NCBI GenBank assembly: GCA_020628065.1
Contig: JAHDFR010000001.1
Span: forward strand, 1 to 57,720
Direction of reading: 5' to 3'
Length of the DNA stretch: 57,720 nucleotides
Origin: Acidimicrobiales bacterium
GTDB taxonomy: Bacteria > Actinomycetota > Acidimicrobiia > Acidimicrobiales > SZUA-35
Shown: positions 1 through 9,422 of the stretch, piece by piece
How positions within the stretch are numbered: the stretch's first letter is position 1
How the letters are laid out: each line of letters opens with the position of its first letter
Translations under genes and position numbers: made by a program
Notes under the pieces: generated by a model
Database searches by the model: none
What the model was told of the DNA's origin: nothing
Seen by the model: the letters and a program-made list of their open reading frames with translations, nothing else

Positions 1-11
1 TGAGACCCACG

Positions 12-500
12 ATGTTGGTCGCCGCCCTGAACGAGACGTTCCGCTCTGCCACCGACGGCCACGCCCAAGAGATCCACGCCGGTGAACGACGACAGCGGGT
101 TTTGGTTCTCGACAACGATCGGGTGCACCGCAAGATCGCCGAAGCGTTGCTTGGAAAACTGGGGCTCAATGCGGATGTAGCCGATCTTGATGCCGAAGCA
201 CTTGGCGGCATCGATCTACTATCGTATGATTTCGTCCTATTCGACGATGACGGCCCCGGGGTTGACAACATTGCCCTCGACCAACTGCGGAGCCTCTCCT
301 ACGGTGCCACTACCCAAACCAGGATCGTGGCCATGAGTTCGGAAAACTCACAACCGGACAGACGTAGATGCAGTGACCTCCCAATCGACGCTTGGATAAC
401 CCGGCCGGTGAACATCGAGACACTGCGAGCGACCATTGTGTCGCTGCCCGGAACCACGCCGGTGTCGCTGGCCGCCGAGGGATCCAATATCGCTCCCTAG
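12..500 (+). CDS. Response-regulator receiver (REC) domain protein, probably the C-terminal part of a larger ORF cut by the window edge
   Basis: The frame is open from nt 3 with no upstream stop in the window, so the ATG at 12 may be internal. VLVLDNDRVHRKIAEALL ... YDFVLFDDDGPGVD ... RIVAMSS ... AWITRPVNIETL follows the CheY-like receiver pattern. The usually invariant Lys before Pro appears to be Arg (TRP). Confidence 0.6.
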   Translation: MLVAALNETFRSATDGHAQEIHAGERRQRVLVLDNDRVHRKIAEALLGKLGLNADVADLDAEALGGIDLLSYDFVLFDDDGPGVDNIALDQLRSLSYGATTQTRIVAMSSENSQPDRRRCSDLPIDAWITRPVNIETLRATIVSLPGTTPVSLAAEGSNIAP

Positions 501-540
501 CCAACAGGCCTCTCAGGCTGTGCTGTGGCACAGTGGTGAC

Positions 541-963
541 GTGACAGAACAACCCGACGGGCACACGGTGGCCGCGATGTTTGCCGAAGACCGAGCCTCC
601 AAACATTTGGGAATGACGATCGATCGTTCCGGAGACGGCCACGCCGTCGTTTCAATGACGGTTACCGACGACATGGTCAACGGACTAGGAATCGGTCACG
701 GAGGCCTCGTATTTGCACTGGCCGACTCTGCCATGGCATTCGCCACCAACGACACCGGCACCCCGGCAGTCGCCGTTCAAGCCGAAATCGACTGGCTACG
801 ACCGGCGCACCTTGGAGCCCGTCTAACAGCGACAGCCCATCGGGTCCATGAGCACGGCCGTAACGCCATCACCGACGTGACGGTAGCCGACGAGCACGGC
901 GAGACCATCGCCGTCTTCCGAGGCCGAACCCGATTGCTAAAGGGACAACCGCCGAAGGCCTAG
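541..963 (+). CDS. PaaI/4HBT-type hotdog-fold thioesterase
   Basis: HGGLVFALADSAMAFA motif and ~140-aa size are typical of PaaI-family thioesterases. The ORF-track start (436, TTG) overlaps the upstream gene by 65 nt. GTG 541 or ATG 577 are more plausible starts. Confidence 0.8.
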   Translation: MTEQPDGHTVAAMFAEDRASKHLGMTIDRSGDGHAVVSMTVTDDMVNGLGIGHGGLVFALADSAMAFATNDTGTPAVAVQAEIDWLRPAHLGARLTATAHRVHEHGRNAITDVTVADEHGETIAVFRGRTRLLKGQPPKA

Positions 964-1002
964 CCCGGAGATACTCCGAGGCTCCTACCAGCGAAGCCCG
1001 GA

Positions 1003-1947
1003 TCAGTAACCGGCGTCGACGTCGACCTGACCTTCGAGTTCCGTCTCGGCGGCGAACAGGGCGACGTTACGCTCGATATGGGAGGCCAGCAAGGGTATGC
1101 CCATCTCCGGTGTGTTGCCGACGTGAGGCGTGATCATGACCCTTGGATGGGACCACAACCGGTGCCCGTCCGGCAAGGGCTCGGGCTCCGTCACGTCCAG
1201 ACACGCTCCGCCGATGCTCCCAGCATCAAGGGCCGCCAACAACGCCTCATTGTCGACATGACCGCCTCGGGCCACGTTGACCAGCCAACCATGATCAGCC
1301 ATGGCGGCGAACTCGGCCTCACTCATGATCGATTCCGTCTCGGGGGTCAAGGCCAACGCCAGAACGACCAGGTCGGCACCGGCCAAGGCGTCGATTCGGT
1401 CCTCGAAGGCAACGGTTCGGTCGGCACCGGCCATTGGCGTCGGCCGACGACGAACCACCGTGGTCGTGCAGTTAAATCCTTCAAGCAGCTTCAGTAGCTC
1501 CTCGGCGATGCCACCGGCACCAAAGATCGTCACCCGCCCATCGATCAGATTGTGCCCTTCCGGAGCCGACCAGGAGGCGACTCGGGCGTAGGTGGACAAG
1601 CCTCGCAAACCGGCCAGCCCGAGCATCAGGGCGTGTTCGGCCACCGGTCGGGCGTACACCCCTCGGGCACAGGTCCACACCCGGCCATGATCCAGATAGC
1701 CGACATAGGGCTCGATTCCGGCGAACGGCAGCGCCACCCATCGCAGCCCGTCGTGACCTCTCAAGCTGTCCGGCAGCTGATGCGGCACCGCGGGGTCGGC
1801 CCAAATAAGGGCCTCCGCCTCATTCAGCGGAGCCACCCGGCCACCGCCGTTGACCACCGCCTGCTCCAGCGACTCGAAGCGACCGGACTTCGGCTCTACC
1901 GCGATCGCCGGCCCCATCCCCACCCTGGTACCGTCGCCTAGACTCAC
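1003..1947 (-). CDS. D-isomer-specific 2-hydroxyacid dehydrogenase family protein
   Basis: GRVTIFGAGGIAEELL (NAD Rossmann GxGxxG) and C-terminal HPRVMITPHVGN with the catalytic His. The GTG start overlaps the stop of the upstream gene (GTGA at 1944-1947). Confidence 0.85.
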   Translation of the reverse strand: MSLGDGTRVGMGPAIAVEPKSGRFESLEQAVVNGGGRVAPLNEAEALIWADPAVPHQLPDSLRGHDGLRWVALPFAGIEPYVGYLDHGRVWTCARGVYARPVAEHALMLGLAGLRGLSTYARVASWSAPEGHNLIDGRVTIFGAGGIAEELLKLLEGFNCTTTVVRRRPTPMAGADRTVAFEDRIDALAGADLVVLALALTPETESIMSEAEFAAMADHGWLVNVARGGHVDNEALLAALDAGSIGGACLDVTEPEPLPDGHRLWSHPRVMITPHVGNTPEMGIPLLASHIERNVALFAAETELEGQVDVDAGY

Positions 1948-3110
1948 AACTGGTCCAAGGCCTGCTTGAGATCAGCCATCAAGTCGGCGCTGTCTTCAAT
2001 TCCAACCGAAAGGCGAACCAGATCATCCGGCACCTCGAGCGGCGATCCGGCGGCCGAAAGGTGGGTCATCGCCCCCGGATGCTCGATGAGCGATTCGACC
2101 GCCCCCAGCGACTCGGCCAGGGTGAACAACTCGGTGCCCTCAGAGACCCTCATGGCGGCATCGCGGGTACCGGTTTGAAAGCTCACCATCCCGCCGAAGT
2201 CACGCATTTGCTTGCGGGCAGCCCCATGTCCAGGGTGGGTGGCCACTCCCGGCCACAACACAGACGTGACCTTCGGGTGACTCGACAAGAGCTCGACCAG
2301 CTTGGCCGCGTTCGTACAGTGACGGTCCATCCGCACACCAAGCGTCTTCACCCCCCTCAACGTCAAGTAACAGTCCCACGGTCCGGGCACGGCACCCACG
2401 GCGTTCTGTATGAAGGTGAGGTGGTCGTGAACGTCGGACTCATTGGTGGCGACGAAGCCACCCACCACATCAGAATGACCACCGATGTACTTCGTGGTGG
2501 AATGAACCACGATGTCAGCGCCATGAGCCAACGGCTGCTGCAGATAGGGAGTGGCAAATGTGTTGTCGACAACCAGTCTGGCTTCCGGGTGCTGGGCAAC
2601 CACCGATGCCACGGCGGCGATGTCAATAACGGTCAGCAACGGATTGGTCGGGGTTTCGGCCCACACCATCTTGGTGTTGTTCGGCCAATCACGTCCCAGC
2701 GATGCCGGATCCGTCAGATCATGAGCGGACCAGGTGATCCCTGCCCGCCCGAACACTTTCGAGATCAGGCGGAAGGTGCCGCCGTACGCGTCGTTGCCCA
2801 TAACGATGTGATCGCCCGGCTCAAGCAAACGCAAAATTGCGTCTTCGGCCGCTAGACCGGACGCGAACGAGACACCGAACGCAGCGTCCTCCAAAGCCGC
2901 CAGTGCGGTCTGCAGCGCGGTTCGAGTGGGGTTTCCGGTTCGGGCGTATTCGTAGCCCGAGTGCTTGCCCACCGCTTCCTGAGCGAATGTCGAGGTCTGG
3001 AACACCGGTACCGTAACCGCGCCCGTTGTCGGCTCAGGATCCTGTCCGGCGTGGATGGCCCGGGTATCAAATCCCCAGCCTCGTGATCGATCATTCCCTA
3101 CTTCAGCCAT
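1944..3110 (-). CDS. Cystathionine gamma-lyase / gamma-synthase (Cys/Met-metabolism PLP enzyme)
   Basis: 388 aa. HSTTKYIGGHSDVVGG is the PLP-lysine motif of the gamma family; N-terminal FDTRAIHAGQ. It lies 10 nt downstream of cbs, the reverse-transsulfuration arrangement, so gamma-lyase is favoured (inference). Confidence 0.9.
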   Translation of the reverse strand: MAEVGNDRSRGWGFDTRAIHAGQDPEPTTGAVTVPVFQTSTFAQEAVGKHSGYEYARTGNPTRTALQTALAALEDAAFGVSFASGLAAEDAILRLLEPGDHIVMGNDAYGGTFRLISKVFGRAGITWSAHDLTDPASLGRDWPNNTKMVWAETPTNPLLTVIDIAAVASVVAQHPEARLVVDNTFATPYLQQPLAHGADIVVHSTTKYIGGHSDVVGGFVATNESDVHDHLTFIQNAVGAVPGPWDCYLTLRGVKTLGVRMDRHCTNAAKLVELLSSHPKVTSVLWPGVATHPGHGAARKQMRDFGGMVSFQTGTRDAAMRVSEGTELFTLAESLGAVESLIEHPGAMTHLSAAGSPLEVPDDLVRLSVGIEDSADLMADLKQALDQL

Positions 3111-3120
3111 CTCTCAAATC

Positions 3121-4488
3121 TCAAATCTCTTCAGTCGACAAGAACGCCAAGAGGTCGGCTCGTGCAATCACCGTGGTCGGTCGACCTCCGTCCAACACCA
3201 ACAACGCCGGAGCACTGTCCAGCAACTGCACCGCCAGTTCAACGCTCTGCCCAATTCCGATCGTGGGCATCTTCGGGCTCATCACCGACTCAACCGAGCG
3301 ATCCATCACCGTGCCATCACCGAACGCCGACTCCATGATTCGAAGCTCGTCGATGGAGCCACTCACCTCGGCCGCCGCCAGCGGCATTTCGCCTTTGGCC
3401 ACCGGAAGCTGGGAAACATCATGTTTGTGCATGAGCCCCACAGCATCTCGCACCGAGTCTTCCGGCTGGACGTACACCAGGCTTGGTCGCTCCTCACCTT
3501 TGGCCGACACCACATCGCCCACAGTGGGACCATCGGAGGTCAAGAAACCGAAGCCTGCCATCCACTGATCATTGAACACCCGGCTCAGGTAACCCCGCCC
3601 GGAGTCCGGGATGAGGACGACCACCAAATCATCGACCGTCAACTCACCGGCCAGGCGAAGCGATGCCGCCACCGCCGTCCCTCCTGATCCGCCGATAAGA
3701 AGTCCTTCGTCCTGACTGACGGCCCGGGCCGTCATGAACGAGTCCCGGTCGGAAACGGCTATGACCCGGTCAACCAGGTCAGGGTCGTAGGTCTCGGGCC
3801 AAAAGTCCTCACCTACGCCTTCCACCAGATACGGGCGCCCCGAGCCACCCGAGTACACCGAACCTTCCGGATCGGCGGCCACAATTTGCACATCCGGGTT
3901 CTGTTCTTTCAGGAAGCGTCCAACACCACCCAGTGTTCCACCTGTCCCGGCACCGGCCACAAAGTGGGTTATGCGACCCTCGGTCTGACGCCAGATCTCA
4001 GGCCCCGTCGTCTGATAGTGGGCAAGGGGGTTGACCGGGTTCGCGTACTGATTTGGCCGGAACGCCCCGGGGGTCTCCTTAACCAAACGTTCAGCCGTCG
4101 AATAGTAAGACGCCGGGTCGTCGGGAGGAACCGCCACCGGGCAAACGACAACCTCGGCACCATAGGCTTTCAGCAGATCGATCTTCTCGGGAGCAACCTT
4201 GTCGGTCAGAACAAAAACGCAGTTGTAGCCGCGTTGGGCGGCAACAATGGCCAAGCCGACACCGGTATTGCCCGAGGTCGGCTCGATGATGGTGCCACCC
4301 GGCTTCAACAAGCCCGAGCGTTCCGCCTCGTTGATCATGGTGAGCGCCGGACGGTCCTTCGCGCTACCACCAGGGTTCGTCATCTCGACCTTGGCCGCCA
4401 CAGGACAGTCAAGATTCTTGGTTACCTGACGCAGATAGACCATTGGTGAGTTACCAATGAGATCGATGACCGAATCGGCGATGTCCAT
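3121..4488 (-). CDS. cbs: Cystathionine beta-synthase (PLP domain plus tandem CBS pair)
   Basis: Fold-type II PLP domain (GGSAKDRPAL, TSGNTGVGLA, AGTGGT loop) followed by a ~130-aa C-terminal CBS-pair-like region. 455 aa. Confidence 0.9.
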   Translation of the reverse strand: MDIADSVIDLIGNSPMVYLRQVTKNLDCPVAAKVEMTNPGGSAKDRPALTMINEAERSGLLKPGGTIIEPTSGNTGVGLAIVAAQRGYNCVFVLTDKVAPEKIDLLKAYGAEVVVCPVAVPPDDPASYYSTAERLVKETPGAFRPNQYANPVNPLAHYQTTGPEIWRQTEGRITHFVAGAGTGGTLGGVGRFLKEQNPDVQIVAADPEGSVYSGGSGRPYLVEGVGEDFWPETYDPDLVDRVIAVSDRDSFMTARAVSQDEGLLIGGSGGTAVAASLRLAGELTVDDLVVVLIPDSGRGYLSRVFNDQWMAGFGFLTSDGPTVGDVVSAKGEERPSLVYVQPEDSVRDAVGLMHKHDVSQLPVAKGEMPLAAAEVSGSIDELRIMESAFGDGTVMDRSVESVMSPKMPTIGIGQSVELAVQLLDSAPALLVLDGGRPTTVIARADLLAFLSTEEI

Positions 4489-4629
4489 GATGTCTCCGAG
4501 CTGAAACGGGAACAGTCCCGACCGATCAGGCCGAAACGTCAGAGCATCAGCAATAAAGCCAGCCTGCGCAGACGGACCGGAGCCATGTCGGCCGACGAGC
4601 GCCTAACCTGAATCGCTCGCGCTGCCAGC

Positions 4630-7206
4630 CTACAGCGCGGTGTCGCCGACGGTGGGCTTGTCCGACGCCTCGGTCAGATCCAGCACTTGAGCCGCCGAAC
4701 GAGGCTCGGTGACGTCAACAAACTCGAGCGGGAAGGTCCCGGTTTCCACCAGTTCAGCAATCACAAATCGACCATCAGCATCAGCAGCGAGCCAAACCAC
4801 CATTGACTTTCGCTCCGGCCGTCGCACACCGACCACATTGCCGCCCTCGGCGATCAACGTTCGCTGCGGATGATCGACCGTCAAGGAAATGGACGGGCAA
4901 CGACCGTCACGAACCAGGTCGACCCGCCGTACGACGGGGCCGTCACCTGCCACCTTCAAACCCGCCTGGCGCATTCGAGCCTGCCGCAACCGGACCTCAT
5001 CGAAGATCGGGGTGCCCAGCAGGGCAACCTCCTCTTCCTTGTGAGCATCCGGATCACCTTGAATACGGAAGTCGGCGTCCATCAACTCCGTGGCGACGTC
5101 GGTCCAGCGAGACCTGACATTGCGTTCTCCCAGCGAAGCCGACACTGTCATTGACGGCCGATCGGGGTGAAGGGCGGACCTGAAAGGACGGAGTAGGCGA
5201 TGGAACACAGCACCTTGTCCCAGCAGAGCGGGCCCGAGAATCACCATGCCGAACAACGCGGTCACCGAGGTCACCAACGCCATGCCCGTACCGAACCGAC
5301 CCGTACCGGGACCCGAATCGAAGAACGCCGCCATGGCGGCAAGAACGGTTCCCAAAATCAGAATGGCCGTGGCCACCACGACCCCGTCACCGGGAAGCAG
5401 ATCAAGAGCCCGAGGCTCAGCGGACTCAGAGGACGCATCGACCTCTGGCCGTTTGACGGCGACTTCCGGAGACTGGGCGAAACCTAGAATCCAGAGAAGA
5501 ACAACGGTCATTGACAACACCAACACCGTCAAAAGCTCACCAGCGGAGACCGTACCGGCAACAATTCGGTAGAGACCGACGGCCGCCGAGCCAAGGAGCA
5601 GAGAAAGGACAGCTGCCGTCACTGCATACGTGCGATCCGATGACCGGGCATAACCTGCCAGGCCGGCCAGGAGAGCGAAGAGGACGGCGACGACCAGAAT
5701 GAGTCGACCCGACCCACGAGTGGTGAGGTCAGCCAGAGCGGGGCTCGACACTGACAGTCCGTCGAACGACCGAACATCATCGAGAAGAACGGCACCGGCC
5801 TCACTGGCCAAGGGCACAGCGGGAACGATTACCGCCGACCGGTCGAGATCCGATGGAGGGCCGGAAGCCCGCCGAAGAACACTCGGAGTCAACAGGCCCA
5901 CACCGTCGACCGCCGGCTGCACGTCGGCGCCAATATGCCTCTGGCCGACGGTGTCCACCCAGGCGACCGACGTCAACGGAACAACAGTGGCGGCCACGTC
6001 ATCGATTGACGCCGAGACGGATTCATCAAGCGTCACCACCAAACCCTCCGTCGGATTGCCCGCCCCCAGGTCGAACAACGAGTCGGCGGCACCGGAGTCG
6101 TCGCCGACATCAAGCGAAGCCAGCTGCAGCCCCGGTTGGCCGAAGGCAAACACCGACAACAGGGTGAGCAGGGCGGCCGAAGCAAGAACGACGGTGGGGG
6201 TCATCGGTATGGTCCGTAGCCCGTCCAACGACGTCCGAGCCGGAGCCGTCAGATCACGAGCACCGTTGGTGAGGCCGCTCAGCTCCCCAACCGTCAGTCC
6301 CGTCGACATCAGAGCGGAGCAAAGAACAAGTGCCAGGAGAACCCCGGCCGCCACCGACCAAACAGGATGGGTGATGAGACCGAAGACGGCCAGAACTACG
6401 CCCAACGACACCAGAGCACCGGCAGCCAACGCAACGTCACTACAACAGGATGTGACCGATCGCTGAATCATCTCGGCTCCATCGTCCCCGGACGGCGACT
6501 GGAACCAGGCGTAAAGCCGCCAACAGACCACGCAGCCGGTGACCAAGGCCGCCAGCGAAGCCACCATGGCGGTTGACGCCAACGTCCCGTCATAGGACCC
6601 GACCAGCTGACCGGCAACCGCCGGAGCCAAGACGGTGGAGCCGGCCAAGGCAACCATGGTGAGGGCGCCCACCAACCAGTGGATCTGAACGGCCAAAGCC
6701 ACACCAACCGCCACGGCCAAGACGGCAAGCAACGTAACCACCGGCGAATAGGACGACCAAAGTTCATTCTCCTCCGCCAGCCGACCGGAAACATCAACGT
6801 CGTCGGCCGACACCCCGGCGGCACCAGACACGCTGGACTGGATGTCGTCGACAATGCCGGCCAACGAGCGCCGCTCCACCGCGGCGTCGTCCAGTCCGAG
6901 GTGGAACGCCGTCAAATCCCCGGCAAGCCAATCAACTGAAGTCGTATTGACCCCAGGAATCCGCCCCAGGTCGTCACGAGCAACCGCGAGCCACTCATCA
7001 TCAACCGAGCTGGCGACGTCGACTACCGCCACAAGATCGGGAATGACATCGCCGGCTGAATCGGCCAGATTCGGGTTCGGGTCGACCGAACCGAACAACA
7101 ATGCCCCCCACCCGAGCAAGGTGGCAACAATTGCCGCCAGAAGCGCCAACTTTCCAGCGGACTGATTGGTAAACCAACCGCTAAGCGATCCCCTCCAAGA
7201 AGACAT
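4630..7206 (-). CDS. Large polytopic membrane protein, RND/MMPL-like topology with a soluble C-terminal domain
   Basis: 858 aa. Layout is one TM + ~110-aa loop + ~5 TM, then one TM + ~150-aa loop + ~5 TM, then a ~190-aa soluble tail. This 1+5/1+5 pattern resembles RND/MMPL transporters. I could not see diagnostic MMPL motifs, so the family call is tentative. Confidence 0.55.
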   Translation of the reverse strand: MSSWRGSLSGWFTNQSAGKLALLAAIVATLLGWGALLFGSVDPNPNLADSAGDVIPDLVAVVDVASSVDDEWLAVARDDLGRIPGVNTTSVDWLAGDLTAFHLGLDDAAVERRSLAGIVDDIQSSVSGAAGVSADDVDVSGRLAEENELWSSYSPVVTLLAVLAVAVGVALAVQIHWLVGALTMVALAGSTVLAPAVAGQLVGSYDGTLASTAMVASLAALVTGCVVCWRLYAWFQSPSGDDGAEMIQRSVTSCCSDVALAAGALVSLGVVLAVFGLITHPVWSVAAGVLLALVLCSALMSTGLTVGELSGLTNGARDLTAPARTSLDGLRTIPMTPTVVLASAALLTLLSVFAFGQPGLQLASLDVGDDSGAADSLFDLGAGNPTEGLVVTLDESVSASIDDVAATVVPLTSVAWVDTVGQRHIGADVQPAVDGVGLLTPSVLRRASGPPSDLDRSAVIVPAVPLASEAGAVLLDDVRSFDGLSVSSPALADLTTRGSGRLILVVAVLFALLAGLAGYARSSDRTYAVTAAVLSLLLGSAAVGLYRIVAGTVSAGELLTVLVLSMTVVLLWILGFAQSPEVAVKRPEVDASSESAEPRALDLLPGDGVVVATAILILGTVLAAMAAFFDSGPGTGRFGTGMALVTSVTALFGMVILGPALLGQGAVFHRLLRPFRSALHPDRPSMTVSASLGERNVRSRWTDVATELMDADFRIQGDPDAHKEEEVALLGTPIFDEVRLRQARMRQAGLKVAGDGPVVRRVDLVRDGRCPSISLTVDHPQRTLIAEGGNVVGVRRPERKSMVVWLAADADGRFVIAELVETGTFPLEFVDVTEPRSAAQVLDLTEASDKPTVGDTAL

Positions 7207-7329
7207 CTTGACTTAGGGTAGCGGTCGACATCAGGGGGTTCACGCCGCCCCGGTTAGGTTGCAGTAAACGTCTTGACCACGGTGCGACAATCGGTGAGAT
7301 TCTCCACCAACGTCAGCGCCACGTGGGCC

Positions 7330-7782
7330 TTACGGCCTATCCCCCGGGTGTGACTCATCAACCTTCTCCGGCTGGTGGTAGTCCCCGTGCTCGTCCGTGA
7401 AAAGGGCCACCGTTGTCCGAAGCCCGGTCGGCTGATCAAGCGTTCCGGCGCAGATGGACAACAGTTCCGGTCGAGTCGAGGTTCTCCAAAAGAGACTGGA
7501 CCCGCATTGGGAGCAGAATCCGTACTCCACCTCCGGGGCCGAACGGAACCACCGCAAAGATGCATCACTGATGAACTGCACCGTGGTCGGGTCAGCCGCA
7601 GTTGCCGCCATATGGTGACCGGTGAATCGACGGCATGGCCCGCAATGACAGTTGCTGACCATCCGCAACTCGCCGACGACCGCAAAGGACACTTCTCCGC
7701 ACAGGCACCGGCCGGACACCGGCCGACCGACGATCGACGAGTCAACATTCTCAGTCACCGCACGGACCGTACCACAACCCAA
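7330..7782 (-). CDS. GFA (glutathione-dependent formaldehyde-activating / CENP-V-like) family zinc protein
   Basis: Cysteine pattern CLCGEVSF ... CHCGPCRRFTGH ... FCSQCGSSLFW is typical of the GFA fold. Confidence 0.8.
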   Translation of the reverse strand: MGCGTVRAVTENVDSSIVGRPVSGRCLCGEVSFAVVGELRMVSNCHCGPCRRFTGHHMAATAADPTTVQFISDASLRWFRSAPEVEYGFCSQCGSSLFWRTSTRPELLSICAGTLDQPTGLRTTVALFTDEHGDYHQPEKVDESHPGDRP

Positions 7783-7835
7783 ACGACCGGATGCCCCGTT
7801 TCAGGTTGGGCTTCGGCGGGCCGTAGTGTGTTGCC

Positions 7836-9317
7836 GTGAGCAATCTTGCAGCGAACACGCCGGTCATTGTCGGTGTAGGCCAAGTCCTCCAACGGCCAGA
7901 TGATCCCCGCACCTCGAAAGAGCCGACAAAACTCATGGTCGACGCGGTGCGACAAGCCGAAGCGGACTCAGGAGCGACCGGAGTCGCCCGGGCGGCCGAA
8001 CTGGTCGTCGTAGTCGCCGGAGCTTGGAACTATCCGGACCCCGGCCGGCTGATAGCTGATGACGTTTCGGCCTCCGGAGCCAAGACCGCCCTCACCACAA
8101 TGGGAGGACAGGCGCCGATGGCTGCTCTGGGCTACCTGGCCGAGCAGATCCAGAGCGGCCAACTCGGGTGCGCCGTACTGACCGGCGGGGAGACCATTTG
8201 GAGTCGCCGTCGTCTGCGTCGGCAGGGCATCAAGATGACCGTCACCGAGCAGACGGACAGCGTGCCCGATGTGGAATTGGGTCAGCCACTGACGATGACA
8301 ACGCCGTTCGAAGAGCAACGAAACATCAGCCAGCCGATCGTGGCCTACCCGTTGTTCGAATCGGCCATCCGCCACAAGAACGGGGAGACGATCAAACAGC
8401 ACCGCAAACGCCTCGGCCTGCTCTGGGCCGGCTTCAACGCCGTTGCCGTGGATAACGCCTATGCGTGGTCTCGCCGGCCGATGGACGCCGACGAGATCCA
8501 ACAAGAGACCGAGCAGAATCGGATGATCGGCTTTCCCTACACCAAGGCCATGAACTCCAACTGGGACCTTGACCAGGCCAGCGCCATCATCGTTACGTCG
8601 GCTGAGAAGGCCGAGGCGCTGGGAGCGCCACGAGACAACTGGATATTTCCCCACGCAACGGCCGAGGCAAACGACACCGCCTCGCTGTCCAATAGGCGAG
8701 ACTTTCACTCCTCGCCGGCCATCGCAGCAGCGGGCAAGCAACTCTGGGAGACAACTGAACAAGATGTCGCCGATCTGTCCGACATCGACCTGTACTCCTG
8801 CTTTCCCTCCGCCGTCCAAATAGCCGCCGGCGAGCTCGGCTTGGATCTCACCCGTCCGCTAACCGTCACCGGAGGTTTGACTTTTGCCGGCGGCCCGCTG
8901 AACAACTACGTGGGCCACTCAATGGCCGCCATGGCAACCACGCTCAGAAGCCGTGCGTCCGGCTCGGTTGGACTGGTGACGGCCAACGGCGGATTCATCA
9001 CCAAACACGCCCTCGGCCTGATGGGTAACACACCGGCCGACCGGCCGTTCCGACGACTGAACGCCCAAAGTCAAGCCGACGCCATCGACATCGTCCACTG
9101 CGACGACGGCTACGCCGGGCCGGTCAGCATCGAGGCGTACACCGTCATGCACGAAAAGGACGGCAGTCGACAGGGCCGATGCGCCCTACGAACCCCGGCC
9201 GGCAACCGAACCTGGGGGCTGATTGATCGGGACAGATCAATTGACGAGCTGCTAGCTGCTGAGGCAATAGGCCGAAGCGGAAACTTGGATGAAACCGGTC
9301 TCCTGAACCTGACTTGA
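7836..9317 (+). CDS. Thiolase-like protein (acetyl-CoA acetyltransferase-like) with a C-terminal OB-fold-like extension
   Basis: PVIVGVGQV, YSCFPSAVQ and GGLTFAGGPLNNY blocks resemble SCP-x-type thiolases. The extra ~100 C-terminal aa look like a DUF35/OB-type module. GTG start. Confidence 0.8.
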   Translation: MSNLAANTPVIVGVGQVLQRPDDPRTSKEPTKLMVDAVRQAEADSGATGVARAAELVVVVAGAWNYPDPGRLIADDVSASGAKTALTTMGGQAPMAALGYLAEQIQSGQLGCAVLTGGETIWSRRRLRRQGIKMTVTEQTDSVPDVELGQPLTMTTPFEEQRNISQPIVAYPLFESAIRHKNGETIKQHRKRLGLLWAGFNAVAVDNAYAWSRRPMDADEIQQETEQNRMIGFPYTKAMNSNWDLDQASAIIVTSAEKAEALGAPRDNWIFPHATAEANDTASLSNRRDFHSSPAIAAAGKQLWETTEQDVADLSDIDLYSCFPSAVQIAAGELGLDLTRPLTVTGGLTFAGGPLNNYVGHSMAAMATTLRSRASGSVGLVTANGGFITKHALGLMGNTPADRPFRRLNAQSQADAIDIVHCDDGYAGPVSIEAYTVMHEKDGSRQGRCALRTPAGNRTWGLIDRDRSIDELLAAEAIGRSGNLDETGLLNLT

Positions 9318-9376
9318 TCGACCAAACGAAACAACGGGCCGATATGGCGGTTGGATCGTAGAAACAGTGAGACACC

Positions 9377-9406
9377 GCACACGCCGGCCACGTGGCCCGC
9401 GTGTGC
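9377..9406 (+). terminator. 30-nt GC-rich near-perfect palindrome (terminator-like hairpin or operator) between the thiolase-like gene and otsA
   Basis: gcacacgccggccac|gtggcccgcgtgtgc has 14 of 15 positions complementary. It lies 60 nt after the upstream stop and 17 nt before the otsA GTG. There is no U-tract. Confidence 0.35.
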
Positions 9407-9422
9407 CCAGTAGCCTGTAACC

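Noticed and set aside
4489-4629. SAM-type riboswitch in the leader of cbs
   Set aside because: The 141-nt region shows only a short 6-bp hairpin (GCGAGCG ... CGCTCG). I recognised none of the SAM-I or SAM-IV conserved cores.
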